Translations under genes and position numbers: made by a program
Shown: positions 40,405-50,720 of the stretch, piece after piece
How the letters are laid out: every line of letters starts with the position of its first letter
Position numbering within the stretch: position 1 is the first letter of the stretch
NCBI GenBank assembly: GCA_965214095.1
Contig: OZ243938.1
Span: 4,896,001-4,960,000 of the forward strand
Source of the DNA: Candidatus Poribacteria bacterium
GTDB taxonomy: Bacteria; Poribacteria; WGA-4E; WGA-3G
Direction: 5' to 3'
Length of the DNA stretch: 64,000 nucleotides
The notes under the pieces: generated by a model
What the model saw: the letters and a program-made list of their open reading frames with translations, nothing else
Databases searched by the model: none
What the model was told of the DNA's origin: nothing

Positions 40405-41796
40405 CTAAAATACATCACGCATAGCGCGTCTACGGGCATCGGCACGATCACGCTCCGTTTCTGCGTCAGACTGACCATCAGGCTGGTCTGCAAAGATGGA
40501 TACATATTGCGATGCTTCACCTTTACGTTTGAAGATACGGAAATAATCAAAACGGGTCAGGGTCGGTGGAATATTACCAGGACAGAGTGCATGTAATCCT
40601 ACTTCTACTCTGGGACCCAATGCAATACGCGTAATTCCTACCCCTTTCCAATGGATTCCATCTTGACTTGCAAAAGAAGAGATCTGATTACCACGTCTCT
40701 CTAATCGTAAGAATAGTTCTCTTACGTTCTGCATTCCTCCACGTCCAACAAGGTGGAAACGTCTATTGGCGTGTCTTTCAAAACGAACATCTCCACGGAA
40801 AGCGTGTGGTCCAGAGGTCTTCTCTAATCGCACAAACTGGTTTTCATTCTTCCAGATAATTATACCACCGTGTTCCCGTAATTGTGGGGAGACTCGCAAC
40901 CGGGTTTCAATTGCAAAGTCTTCTGTCACTGCCATGAGTAGCCTTGGGGCAGTCATATCGCCACCACGTCCGTTCGGACCGTGCCATAGGTCTTGCCCTG
41001 GATCTGTCCGCATTTCAAGGTAACCTTGACGTTCAGCCCATCCACCACCACCTTGAGGGTCTTCCCATCGCCATTCTGGACGCATATCGTTACCGATGAA
41101 TTCGTCTTCAAACACTAATTCAGTGAATTCACCTGACGATGCCCAGCCTTCTATCTTTATAGCGGATATTGAATCTCCAAAACTTTGCGGCAACAGATGT
41201 AAGTTAGGCAATTCCTTTTTGAATTCGGAAGGTTCCATTCGAATGGATAACTTTGCCCCTTCAAAATCCGGATGTTCATAAAATACAACCTCAGCACCAT
41301 CGGGTGGGAAATCCGGTCCCTTAAATATACGAATTGACGAGATTCTATCTTCAAACCAAGTGCCACCTTGCGGTGTTCTCAGGTTGGCAATATCACGTAG
41401 GATTGTAATCTTTCTACCTTTATATTCTACGTGTTCATAGCAATCCACGATCATCGGTATTGTTCCCCATTCAGGTCCTACAACATCTATTGTTGAACCG
41501 AAATTGATAGAGGATACCCTATCTGCAAAGTTGAATGCTACATCATGTAAGTTGGGGTAAAAACCTGGTCCGAGCGCAAGTTTCTTACCTTTATAGTTGA
41601 CATGTTGGTATAATATTGCTTTGTAATTTGGACTTCCAGAAAAATTGGGTCCCTTATAAATCTTTAGCGAGGAGATATTGTCTTGAAATCCAATACGTCC
41701 TGTATGCGGCACAGGTTCTAAGACATATCCCATCCTTCCACGAAAATTGGTGTGTTGAAACACCTCTACTATCAGACGGGGAATTACAACTGGCAT
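40405..41796 (-). CDS. Beta/gamma-crystallin repeat protein fused to a DUF1349/ConA-like domain
   Basis: Four motifs FQHTNFRG, YQHVNYKG, YEHVEYKG, YEHPDFEG, each followed by DxxS(S/A); C-terminal QDLW...APRL...VGL domain. Confidence 0.82.
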   Translation of the reverse strand: MPVVIPRLIVEVFQHTNFRGRMGYVLEPVPHTGRIGFQDNISSLKIYKGPNFSGSPNYKAILYQHVNYKGKKLALGPGFYPNLHDVAFNFADRVSSINFGSTIDVVGPEWGTIPMIVDCYEHVEYKGRKITILRDIANLRTPQGGTWFEDRISSIRIFKGPDFPPDGAEVVFYEHPDFEGAKLSIRMEPSEFKKELPNLHLLPQSFGDSISAIKIEGWASSGEFTELVFEDEFIGNDMRPEWRWEDPQGGGGWAERQGYLEMRTDPGQDLWHGPNGRGGDMTAPRLLMAVTEDFAIETRLRVSPQLREHGGIIIWKNENQFVRLEKTSGPHAFRGDVRFERHANRRFHLVGRGGMQNVRELFLRLERRGNQISSFASQDGIHWKGVGITRIALGPRVEVGLHALCPGNIPPTLTRFDYFRIFKRKGEASQYVSIFADQPDGQSDAETERDRADARRRAMRDVF

Positions 41797-42060
41797 TTCT
41801 TTCTCCTATTGGTTGGTATTCTCATTATCTAATTGACATTCATGAGTTCAAGTGATTTCCAAATGTGATCTGTAATATGACAGAACACTAAGACTGAAAT
41901 GAAGATATTAAGAAAATCTAAAAAATATGCCTATCTGGGCTTTCTACGATGTTTTAGTACTTACTTGTTTATCACTGATTGAAATAGGTTCTAATGGTAT
42001 TAGAACTATAACAATATTCAGGATTTACAAACTGTTTTTACAAAGATTTGTCTTCATATT

Positions 42061-43245
42061 TCAAGGTCCTAATAGATGTGACTCCGATAAATATTTGGGT
42101 TCGATTGGGTATTCACGAGGCAGATATATTTCAATAGGGATACCAATTTGATCAAGATACTTACACATCAATGGTGCAACATCTTTCCAGTTTAATCCAC
42201 CCAAAGCACAACCCAATGCAGGCATGGCAAGAGATTCAATGCCTTCTTTTCTTGCGTTCTCTTGTACCCATTTTAATCCGTTTTCAATATCCTCAATACG
42301 TGAGTTTGTTCGCCAATGACGTTTCGTTGCAAAAAGTAAAAACCATTTTATAGGATTCTTTATGGGCACACGATGCGGCTTGAGATCAGTCAACTCATCT
42401 GCAACTGATTCCTCACGTTTATAAAGATAAGGACGTTCAGCAGTAATTCTCTTAGTACGGCATACTTTCTCATATTCAACATATACATCTGGATATTGTT
42501 CTTTAGCACGTAAGGCTAATCCTTTACCCATAACACCTTGAAGATTGACTGTGATTGTCAGAGTCTGCAACTCAGAAAAAAAGATGTCACCACCATCAAT
42601 AAGTCTAATATTATTGCCTCTTGTAATGCAATGTTTAGGCTGGAAGTACCTATTGGAATGATAATTAACTGGTAAGTTAACACTATCAGACATTATCTGG
42701 TTCATTAGGTTCATATTATCATCGGCAAGTATCACTGAGCGGATGTATTCAGGCTTTACACGTTCAGGAACTAAACATTCTGCCATGATTTTTCGTTTTG
42801 ATCCATCGCTTTTTCTCCACCAATCATTCTGAAGCACTTTAGCATGTTGTTGGATTTTTTTCAGTCCTTGAGAACAAGGATAGAACTGTGTGAAGTCTTC
42901 AGTTACATTGCCATCAGAAATGATGACACCAGGTTCACTAAGGACTGTGTTGGCAACTTCAAGAATAACTAATTTTTCTAATCCTGTTTCAATAATAGAG
43001 CGGTACAAGATTGGATTACGTGGTTGAAAGAAGAGACCGGCATAATTCAATAAGTTATTGTTATTCATCAGAGGCGCAATCTTAGACCTTTTGTCAATAT
43101 CGTTATATGAATGTTTTTTACCTTTGAATATCGGTATAAATTTACATCCTACATCTTTAATTCTATTATAGGATAAAATACCTCGTTTAATTATAGATTG
43201 CAAGTTATCTATATGCGTAATGTAGAAGAGACTATTGAATTTCAT
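42061..43245 (-). CDS. DarT (DUF4433)-DarG macrodomain fusion
   Basis: YITHIDNL..I..RGILS, FQPRNP, MAECLV; then GDIF, VNLQGVMGKGLA, FATKRHW, PALGCALGGL. Confidence 0.85.
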   Translation of the reverse strand: MKFNSLFYITHIDNLQSIIKRGILSYNRIKDVGCKFIPIFKGKKHSYNDIDKRSKIAPLMNNNNLLNYAGLFFQPRNPILYRSIIETGLEKLVILEVANTVLSEPGVIISDGNVTEDFTQFYPCSQGLKKIQQHAKVLQNDWWRKSDGSKRKIMAECLVPERVKPEYIRSVILADDNMNLMNQIMSDSVNLPVNYHSNRYFQPKHCITRGNNIRLIDGGDIFFSELQTLTITVNLQGVMGKGLALRAKEQYPDVYVEYEKVCRTKRITAERPYLYKREESVADELTDLKPHRVPIKNPIKWFLLFATKRHWRTNSRIEDIENGLKWVQENARKEGIESLAMPALGCALGGLNWKDVAPLMCKYLDQIGIPIEIYLPREYPIEPKYLSESHLLGP

Positions 43246-43306
43246 GGTTCTACCTTTTGATCAATGTTATGATTTGGTAAGAATTGACAACATAAATGAA
43301 TTATAA

Positions 43307-43942
43307 TTACTGTTTCTGGAATGAAGGTGTAAAGATGTCATTATCTTCTTCAGTTGCAACAACTCTCTTACTTAAATCCAACGGGGTTAATCGGACACTT
43401 AGTAAGTTTTCTACACTGTTGTCAGCAACTATGAATCTTTTAATATACTTGGGTTCAACATTACTAGGAACTAAGCATTCAGCCATCAATTGACGTCTAA
43501 ATTTTCTTGAGTGATCCCATGAAATCCATGAGGATGATTGAAGAATATCTCGTTGTGCATCAATTTTCTTCATTCCCTCTGACTGCGGATAAATCCTAGT
43601 ATGACTACTTGAGGCAATACCATCCGTAATGAATATCCCTTGTCTATCCTCCATTATAGATTTTGATATCCCTAATACTGATATATTTTGTTTGCCTATA
43701 GATTTAAGAATTCTGTATAACATCGGATTACGAGGTTGAAGAAATAGATTAGTATAGTGCCATAGATTTTTCTCATCAGAGGTGTATCTTTCCTTACGAT
43801 CGTTGACAAGGTCCAGGTCATAGATTGAAGTGTAATTAATATTCTCAGTTACAATTCTTTCGTGTGAAAGAATTCCATTGACGAAAATGGATGGTAAGTT
43901 GTCAATATGTGTAATGTAATACAAACCCTTTATGTTCAGCAT
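43307..43942 (-). CDS. darT: DarT ssDNA ADP-ribosyltransferase (DUF4433)
   Basis: YITHIDNLPSI..NGILS, QPRNPMLY, ITDGIAS, MAECLV. Confidence 0.85.
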   Translation of the reverse strand: MLNIKGLYYITHIDNLPSIFVNGILSHERIVTENINYTSIYDLDLVNDRKERYTSDEKNLWHYTNLFLQPRNPMLYRILKSIGKQNISVLGISKSIMEDRQGIFITDGIASSSHTRIYPQSEGMKKIDAQRDILQSSSWISWDHSRKFRRQLMAECLVPSNVEPKYIKRFIVADNSVENLLSVRLTPLDLSKRVVATEEDNDIFTPSFQKQ

Positions 43943-44152
43943 AGTCTTGCACAAGAATAATTCTGTTCACAAAAGTGAAAATAAACGGGTAAATTTCACC
44001 ACAATAAATTCAATTGACGAGTAATAAGCAAGCATTCTGAATATGCATTGATTAAATCCTATTTTCGAAAAAATTCTATTCCAGAATAAAGTCAAAGTTA
44101 TCGATATATAATGCTATGGAAGATCATGAGAATGTTTCATACATCTATATAA

Positions 44153-45241
44153 TCAAAGCAACACTTCATAAATCTGAGCGAACCCATATCTATCCGAAGT
44201 GAACACAACATGTTTCCCATCAGGACTGAAAGATGGATGCGGATGCGTGTGTTGCGGTGCATAAACTTGAATCGGTCCATCACTGTATGGAAAAGGTCCA
44301 TCCCAATGTTCACCTAACGATGATGCATTCGGATAACACAACGTTTTCGGTTCCCCGATTCCATCTCGCGGGTCAAATATTTGAATGCCTATGTCAGGGA
44401 AATTTGTATCAGCCACCATTAATGTGCCGTCAGTGTTACATATTGCATGCCATGCATTGAATGATGTAATTTGCCGTACTTTTTCGGTGTCAACATTGAC
44501 ACACCGGACACCGCGTTGCCAATCCACGAATGCTAACTCACGTGTACGAGGTATCCAAGTTTCGTGTGTTATCCATTCGTTTCTTTCAGCATTCCTTGCA
44601 TAGAGCCTACGATTTCCTGTGCCATCACGATGAATTACCCAAACCCTGTCAGTTAGCGGACCTGCGTAATAGAGTAAGTTTGAATCATCCGGACAAAATT
44701 GTAGGTGTGCAATACTATCCCTACGTAAAATAATGTCATGATCACCTGTCTCTGTATTGACAATAGCAAGTGCAGACTCTTCTCCCAGACTATAGCGAAC
44801 TGCCCACCATTTGTCATCGTGGCTAAGTGCGGTTGTTCCCATCGCTGCAGCAACCATACCACTATCACGCATTTCAGTCGCTGAGAAGTTAACCAACTCC
44901 CGTTCCTCCAACGTTTCCAAGTCAAGCCGCCATCCACTTGTTCCTGCTGTGAAAAACACGGCAGTACCATCGTGTGATGGATGAACTGACCACTCACTAA
45001 ATTCCGGTCTGTCAGTGAGCTGTCGGAGTTGACCTGAACTACGTTCTTCAGCAAAAATCTGCGGTGTTCCTGTCCTATACGACACAAATATTAACCGCTG
45101 CATCGCATCGTCGTACGCAGGAATGATAAAAAACGGATGATGGTGATGTGCTGAAGCAGTCGTTACCTGACGAATGTATGTTCCTGTACGTCTATCGTAA
45201 AATGACCTCGATTCAGCAGAATAAACAGTACCTTTTCCCAT
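44153..45241 (-). CDS. Oligogalacturonate lyase family beta-propeller
   Basis: HLQFCP, THETW, HPHPSFSPDG. Confidence 0.85.
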   Translation of the reverse strand: MGKGTVYSAESRSFYDRRTGTYIRQVTTASAHHHHPFFIIPAYDDAMQRLIFVSYRTGTPQIFAEERSSGQLRQLTDRPEFSEWSVHPSHDGTAVFFTAGTSGWRLDLETLEERELVNFSATEMRDSGMVAAAMGTTALSHDDKWWAVRYSLGEESALAIVNTETGDHDIILRRDSIAHLQFCPDDSNLLYYAGPLTDRVWVIHRDGTGNRRLYARNAERNEWITHETWIPRTRELAFVDWQRGVRCVNVDTEKVRQITSFNAWHAICNTDGTLMVADTNFPDIGIQIFDPRDGIGEPKTLCYPNASSLGEHWDGPFPYSDGPIQVYAPQHTHPHPSFSPDGKHVVFTSDRYGFAQIYEVLL

Positions 45242-45251
45242 CTATTTTTCA

Positions 45252-46250
45252 CTATTCTTCAAATGCAGAATCAAATGCAACCTCAGACGGTTCAAAATCA
45301 TACCCTTTGACTTTGCTACAAGCCTCACTGGCTCCGTGTTCTCTATCCATACCACTGTCTTCCCATTCAATTGAAAGTGGACCGTTATAGCCAATATTGT
45401 TGAGTGCTCGGATAATCTCTTCAAAATTGATATTACCGCGTCCAATTGAACGGAAATCCCAGAAACGTTTTGAATCGCCAAAATTCAAATGTCCACCGAA
45501 CACACCAGACAATCGTGGTGTCTCTGCCCACCAAACATCCTTCATGTGAACGTGATATATCCGATCAGCCAAACGTTCAATGAATGCAACATAATCAACG
45601 CCTTGGTACCCAAGGTGACTGGGGTCATAGTTAAAGCCAAATGTTTCTCTACCATCAAGTGCTTCAATCGCACGTTCAGCAGTAACGATGTCAAATGCAA
45701 TTTCAGTCGGATGAACTTCAAGACCGAACTTAACACCTACCTCATCAAACACATCAAATATAGGATTCCATTTGTCTGCGAAATCTTTAAATCCAGCATC
45801 AATTTGGGATGCGTCTACAGGTGGGAACGAATAGAGTAGATGCCAGATGGAACTGCCTGTAAATCCGTTGACGACATCAACACCAAGTTTTGCGGCGGCA
45901 CGTGCAGTGTTTTTCATCTCTTCGGCAGCCCGTTCTTGAACGCCAGCAGGATCTCCATCACCCCATATTGATTCTGATAGAATTGTTTGGTGTCGGTCGT
46001 CAATATTGTCACATACTGCTTGGCCAACGAGGTGATTACTAATCGACCAAACTTTCAATCCATATTTTGCAAGTAGGTCATGTCTTCCTTGACAATAACT
46101 ATCGTCAGAAAGTGCTTTATCCGTTTCAAAATGGTCTCCCCAACAAGCGAGTTCTAATCCATCATACCCCCACTCACTCGCTTTTTTGGCTATATCTTCA
46201 AGTGTTAGGTCTGCCCATTGTCCTGTAAATAGAGTAACAGGTCTTGCCAT
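45252..46250 (-). CDS. Sugar phosphate isomerase/epimerase (xylose isomerase-like TIM barrel)
   Basis: [32 protein letters not shown]. Confidence 0.9.
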   Translation of the reverse strand: MARPVTLFTGQWADLTLEDIAKKASEWGYDGLELACWGDHFETDKALSDDSYCQGRHDLLAKYGLKVWSISNHLVGQAVCDNIDDRHQTILSESIWGDGDPAGVQERAAEEMKNTARAAAKLGVDVVNGFTGSSIWHLLYSFPPVDASQIDAGFKDFADKWNPIFDVFDEVGVKFGLEVHPTEIAFDIVTAERAIEALDGRETFGFNYDPSHLGYQGVDYVAFIERLADRIYHVHMKDVWWAETPRLSGVFGGHLNFGDSKRFWDFRSIGRGNINFEEIIRALNNIGYNGPLSIEWEDSGMDREHGASEACSKVKGYDFEPSEVAFDSAFEE

Positions 46251-46310
46251 ATTTTTTCTCCTTTATTCATAATTTTGTCCAAGTCATCTGTCTCAATTGT
46301 TTCTATTCTT

Positions 46311-47483
46311 TTATGCTGGCGGTGTATAACTTGCATCCACCCAACCGCGTTGCTTTCCACTTTCAACGGCTGTATTTATGAAATGAACACCACGTGCACC
46401 ATCTTGTACAGTGGGAAAATCGGTGTCAAACTCATCAGGAGATTCACCAGCAATTTTCGCTGCCATTGTCCGTGATGCATTCACATAGATATTCGCGAAC
46501 GCTTCAATAAATGCCTCAGGATGTCCAAAGGGTATTCGTGAATTGTGTTGCGCAATCTCCGCAAGATAATCATTACCGCGTTTATAAACCTGTTCCGGTT
46601 CATCAGGGAAACGCACAGATAGATAATTCGGATTTTCTTGATGCCATTCAAGCGATGCATCAGTTCCATATACACGGATTCGTAGGTTATTCTCTTCTCC
46701 AACAGAGATTTGTGATGCATACAGAACGCCGCGCACTCCGTTCTCATAGTGAACTAAAAGATTCCCATCATCCTCTAACAAGCGTCCTTCAACAAAGGTG
46801 GTCATATCCGCACACACTTCTTCCATTTCAAGTCCTGTGATATAATGTGCGAGGTTTTCTGCGTGAGAACCGATGTCACCTATACACGAGGATGCCCCTG
46901 CCTGTTTCGGGTCTGTCCGCCAGACAGCTTGCTTCGCTCCCTCATCTTCCAAGAATGTTGCCAGCCATCCTTGAGGATATTCCACGACAATTTTTCGTAT
47001 AGTTCCCAGTTTACCATCCTTCACAAGTTCACGCGCTTGTTTCACCATCGGGTAACCGGTATAATTGTGTGTCAGGGCAAAAATTACATCATTTGATTTT
47101 ACAAGATGACATAATGCTTCTGCATCTTCCACCGTCGTTGTCATCGGTTTATCGCAAACTACGTGGAATCCAGCTTCAATAAAGGTTTTTGCTACATCAA
47201 AATGAACGTGATTCGGGGTGACGATTGATACAAAGTCAATTCGTTCACCTTCTGGAAGTTGACTCTCTTTTTCAGCCATCTCCTTATAAGAACCGTAAAC
47301 TCGGTTATCATCAAGAAAGAGTTCTGTTCCTTGTTGCTTTGATTTTTCCGGTGATGATGAAAACGCGCCTGCTACCAGATCAATTTCTCCATCAAGTGCA
47401 GCAGCTTTCCGATGCACCGCTCCAATGAATGCATCAGGTCCACCGCCTACCATTCCATAACGTATCTTCCTACCAAGTGGCAT
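46311..47483 (-). CDS. Gfo/Idh/MocA family oxidoreductase
   Basis: GMVGGG..AFIG.VHR, CDKP, EYPQGWL, GHPEAF. Confidence 0.9.
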   Translation of the reverse strand: MPLGRKIRYGMVGGGPDAFIGAVHRKAAALDGEIDLVAGAFSSSPEKSKQQGTELFLDDNRVYGSYKEMAEKESQLPEGERIDFVSIVTPNHVHFDVAKTFIEAGFHVVCDKPMTTTVEDAEALCHLVKSNDVIFALTHNYTGYPMVKQARELVKDGKLGTIRKIVVEYPQGWLATFLEDEGAKQAVWRTDPKQAGASSCIGDIGSHAENLAHYITGLEMEEVCADMTTFVEGRLLEDDGNLLVHYENGVRGVLYASQISVGEENNLRIRVYGTDASLEWHQENPNYLSVRFPDEPEQVYKRGNDYLAEIAQHNSRIPFGHPEAFIEAFANIYVNASRTMAAKIAGESPDEFDTDFPTVQDGARGVHFINTAVESGKQRGWVDASYTPPA

Positions 47484-47599
47484 ATTATATATCCATTCCT
47501 TATTCGTTGTGTAAAAGTTCAACACATGAGATTTTTTCTAATTGTATACTATCATTGTGCCATATTTTTTCATTAATTTCAAGGTGTTTTTGCAAAGAA

Positions 47600-47690
47600 C
47601 AGGGTTATTTAGTTGAAGGTTTTCTTCTATTTTCTTTCACAAATGCAAAGTGCCCTAAGACGGTAGATGCAGTTTCCTAACCTCACCATC
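47600..47690. repeat. Partial CAGGG-type MITE end with REP remnant
   Basis: CAGGGTTATTTAGTT...CACAAATGC...CGGTAGATGCAGTTTCCTAACC parallels 27145-27227. Confidence 0.7.
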
Positions 47691-47795
47691 TATCTTTTGA
47701 ATAGCACCTTGAAACATCAAACTCTAATCCTGAAAATCTACTAATCCTGAAAATCCTGGTTCAGACAAGAATCCGCGCTTCAGACACAAGAAATG

Positions 47796-48707
47796 CTACT
47801 CAATACTATTACTCACATATAACTGTCCATCTCTATTCACAACAGTAAGATGTAGTTCATTCGTCTCACGACTCCGTGAAAACGACAATTTCCAGATAAA
47901 ACCATCAGGCGCATCAATCCGAGACATGAGTCCCCTTTTGCCAACGTTCCATAAGCGGATTATTGGATCCCTGCCACCACTTGCAAGAATCTTACCATCA
48001 TCGGAGAAGGCTAATGCATTTACAGAATCTGAATGTGCACCGAAGGTTGAAAGAAGGTGTTCACTCTCAAGTTCCCACAACCGAACGGCAGAATCTGAAC
48101 CACCACTCGCAAGTAGACTATCATCAGGCGAAAACATGACTGATAAGACTAAGCCATCGTGTGCAGATATAGAGGATAATTGCCTGCCTGATTCCAATTC
48201 CCATATACGTATCTTACCATCTGAACCACCACTGACAACAGTTTTGCTATCAGATGAGAAAGTTAATGTTCTAATATTAGACGGATCTGCAGTAGAACTA
48301 CTCAACATGCGGACTGCTTCTTCATTCCAAGCAGTCAGTGGAACCCCATCTGGAGAAGATGCCAATGCTTTCACTAAACTCGATGTTTCACCCGCAAGAG
48401 TCGCAATTTCATTAGAGGTGTTTGTATCCCACAGACGTAAAGTGCTATCCTCACTTGCACTGACAAGTGTCCGATTATCTGGGGCAAAAGCAACCGCACG
48501 GATACGGTCTGTGTGTCCTGACAAAACTGCTGACTGTTCACTGTCTTCTAAATTATAAACCCATATCCGTTCGCTACCACCAGCAGCAAGATAGCAGCCA
48601 TCTGGTGAAAACGATAGATCTGTGATCTCTTTATTGCTCAATCTTTCTCGTAAACTCTGTGGTAGTTCTATCTGGTTATTTATGTTGAACACAGCAGTCT
48701 TCTCCAA
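47796..48707 (-). CDS. WD40 repeat protein
   Basis: GHTD..AVAFAPD, AHDG, AHSD, RLWD/RLWE repeats. Confidence 0.9.
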   Translation of the reverse strand: MEKTAVFNINNQIELPQSLRERLSNKEITDLSFSPDGCYLAAGGSERIWVYNLEDSEQSAVLSGHTDRIRAVAFAPDNRTLVSASEDSTLRLWDTNTSNEIATLAGETSSLVKALASSPDGVPLTAWNEEAVRMLSSSTADPSNIRTLTFSSDSKTVVSGGSDGKIRIWELESGRQLSSISAHDGLVLSVMFSPDDSLLASGGSDSAVRLWELESEHLLSTFGAHSDSVNALAFSDDGKILASGGRDPIIRLWNVGKRGLMSRIDAPDGFIWKLSFSRSRETNELHLTVVNRDGQLYVSNSIE

Positions 48708-49008
48708 TTGATTATCTTAATTTGGACAAAATAATGAACCCTATGTAAGTTTATCAGAAATAAGTTCAGATTTCAATTCTAATTCTATGACAAGATGTGA
48801 AAAGTTTCTTTCTTCATTAAAACAATGAACCCACATTTTGGCATTAAATTGAGCTAAAATCACAAATGAGATTTGACTTGAAAATACACCTATGAATCAA
48901 ACATAATTCTATCAGTATAAGAGAAATATGATACAACACATCCAAATGTAAATATATTTGAATTTGGCAAAATAATATGTTAAAATTCAAAATCAACAGG
49001 AGGGAAAT

Positions 49009-49773
49009 ATGAAAGTAGGTATAAGAGACGGGATGCTACCAGTCCCATTTGAAGAATCATTCAAAAAAGCAAAAGAAATCGGATTTGATGGAATCGAATT
49101 GTGTATGGGTGTGAAATATAGAGACCATACCCTTTGGCAAGATGAAGGTATAGATAAAGTAAATAAACTCGCTGAGGATGCAAACATTGAAGTATCATCA
49201 CTTTCACCAGGTGGTTTTACTGCATTTTCTTTTATGCACCCCACTGACAGTGTCCGCACAGAAGGTATTGCAAAGTTGCAGTTCCTTGCAGAAACAGCAC
49301 CACAATTAGGCACGAATGTCATTCTCGTACCATTTTTCGGCGGTGGTCAAATTAAGGATGAACATATCAACGCACCAAGGTTCATTGATGGGTTTAAGGC
49401 TGCTGCTGAAACGGCAGAAAAACATAATGTGTACCTTGCAATCGAATCAACATTAAGTGCTGAACAACATCAACAAATTATTGACCAAGTCGGTTCAAGT
49501 TATGTTGGTGTCTATTATGACATGGGTAATGCAACCAACACCGGATATGACTCCCCTTCGGAAATACGAAGTTTAGGCAGTGCCATCGTCCAAATGCATA
49601 TAAAAGATACGGGTGGTAATCACGCAGGTGAAGGATCAGTAGATTTCAACGCTGTTTTTGAAGCTGCACACGCAATCGAATACGACAGTTGGTTCGTACT
49701 GGAAACCCCCGGCAAAGACGACCCTATTGCATCCGCTGCCAAAAACATGAACTTTGTTAGAGACAACTTCTAA
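49009..49773 (+). CDS. Sugar phosphate isomerase/epimerase (hexulose/ribulose-phosphate epimerase-like)
   Basis: GFDGIEL, AIES, YYDMGN, HIKD, VLET. Confidence 0.88.
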   Translation: MKVGIRDGMLPVPFEESFKKAKEIGFDGIELCMGVKYRDHTLWQDEGIDKVNKLAEDANIEVSSLSPGGFTAFSFMHPTDSVRTEGIAKLQFLAETAPQLGTNVILVPFFGGGQIKDEHINAPRFIDGFKAAAETAEKHNVYLAIESTLSAEQHQQIIDQVGSSYVGVYYDMGNATNTGYDSPSEIRSLGSAIVQMHIKDTGGNHAGEGSVDFNAVFEAAHAIEYDSWFVLETPGKDDPIASAAKNMNFVRDNF

Positions 49774-49790
49774 AACCCTTAAATGTGCAT

Positions 49791-49815
49791 GTAGGACGAA
49801 CACTATTCGTCCTAC
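49791..49815. repeat. GTAG hairpin (REP or terminator)
   Basis: GTAGGACGAA-CACTA-TTCGTCCTAC perfect 10-bp stem. Confidence 0.6.
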
Positions 49816-49907
49816 TAAAACACATATTGACAATCAAATATACATTCCAAAATAATACATTGATTAGATAATATACGATATCTCAAATTGCCTATCTGGA
49901 GGATTGT

Positions 49908-50720
49908 ATGAGCAGTCGGAAATTAGTAATTCCGCAATCTGAAGCCAAGAAACTACTATCACTCCCAACCCGTCAAGCTGAACAACTTTTTCAAAGTTAC
50001 GATAAAGAACAACAACTGGAAATAATACGATCCATTCGCAACCCAAAACAACGAGAAGAACTATACTATCTTGTCCCAGATTGCACAGAACTTATTCAGG
50101 ACAGTCCAACAGAAGATGTGTTACAAGTGTTAGATACACTTCTTGGAACAGGTCTCGCTTGTGGTTTGATACCATGTCTATCAAACGAACAATTTGAAGA
50201 AATCATGGATATAGCTGTATGGCGTGATGGAAAATTGGACGAACGATCACTAAGTCTATGGTTGTTTGAACTGTCTGAATGTGAACGGGATGACCTGAGT
50301 CGATTCCTACATCAAATTGACTTGCGTTTCCTTGCTGAACTACTCAAGAACCGTGTAAAACTAAAAGGTGCTCTCAGTGCAATGATGATTGAAGAAGGTA
50401 TTATTGACCCAAGTTCGCCATCTATTGAATGTAAAGATGATCAAGCAAGAGCAATCCTTAACGCAATCTGGGAAGCGGATAATGACCTATTCATACTACT
50501 ATTACGTGAGATGTTCGCTATTGACAAAGAAACAGAAGCAGAAAAAGATATAGTCAGAGCATTAGAAAAGGCAAAAGCTGAAAGAACTGAACGAGTCGCA
50601 GAACGGGATCGTAAAGCTGGAATCAATATCACCGAATCTGATTTACAGAAAAAAGTCGATCTGGATTCACTCATACTTGCTGAGAACGATGAGGAAGATG
50701 AGAAAGATGAGCACAAGTAA
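49908..50720 (+). CDS. Hypothetical protein resembling the DUF6178 N-terminal part
   Basis: GGAGG RBS; helical ORF with DIAVWRDGKLD...WL. Confidence 0.65.
   Translation: MSSRKLVIPQSEAKKLLSLPTRQAEQLFQSYDKEQQLEIIRSIRNPKQREELYYLVPDCTELIQDSPTEDVLQVLDTLLGTGLACGLIPCLSNEQFEEIMDIAVWRDGKLDERSLSLWLFELSECERDDLSRFLHQIDLRFLAELLKNRVKLKGALSAMMIEEGIIDPSSPSIECKDDQARAILNAIWEADNDLFILLLREMFAIDKETEAEKDIVRALEKAKAERTERVAERDRKAGINITESDLQKKVDLDSLILAENDEEDEKDEHK

Noticed and set aside
47926-48558. 210-aa ORF antisense to the WD40 gene, and similar ORFs at 32036-32606 and 54360-54827
   Set aside because: Shadow ORFs opposite well-supported genes.
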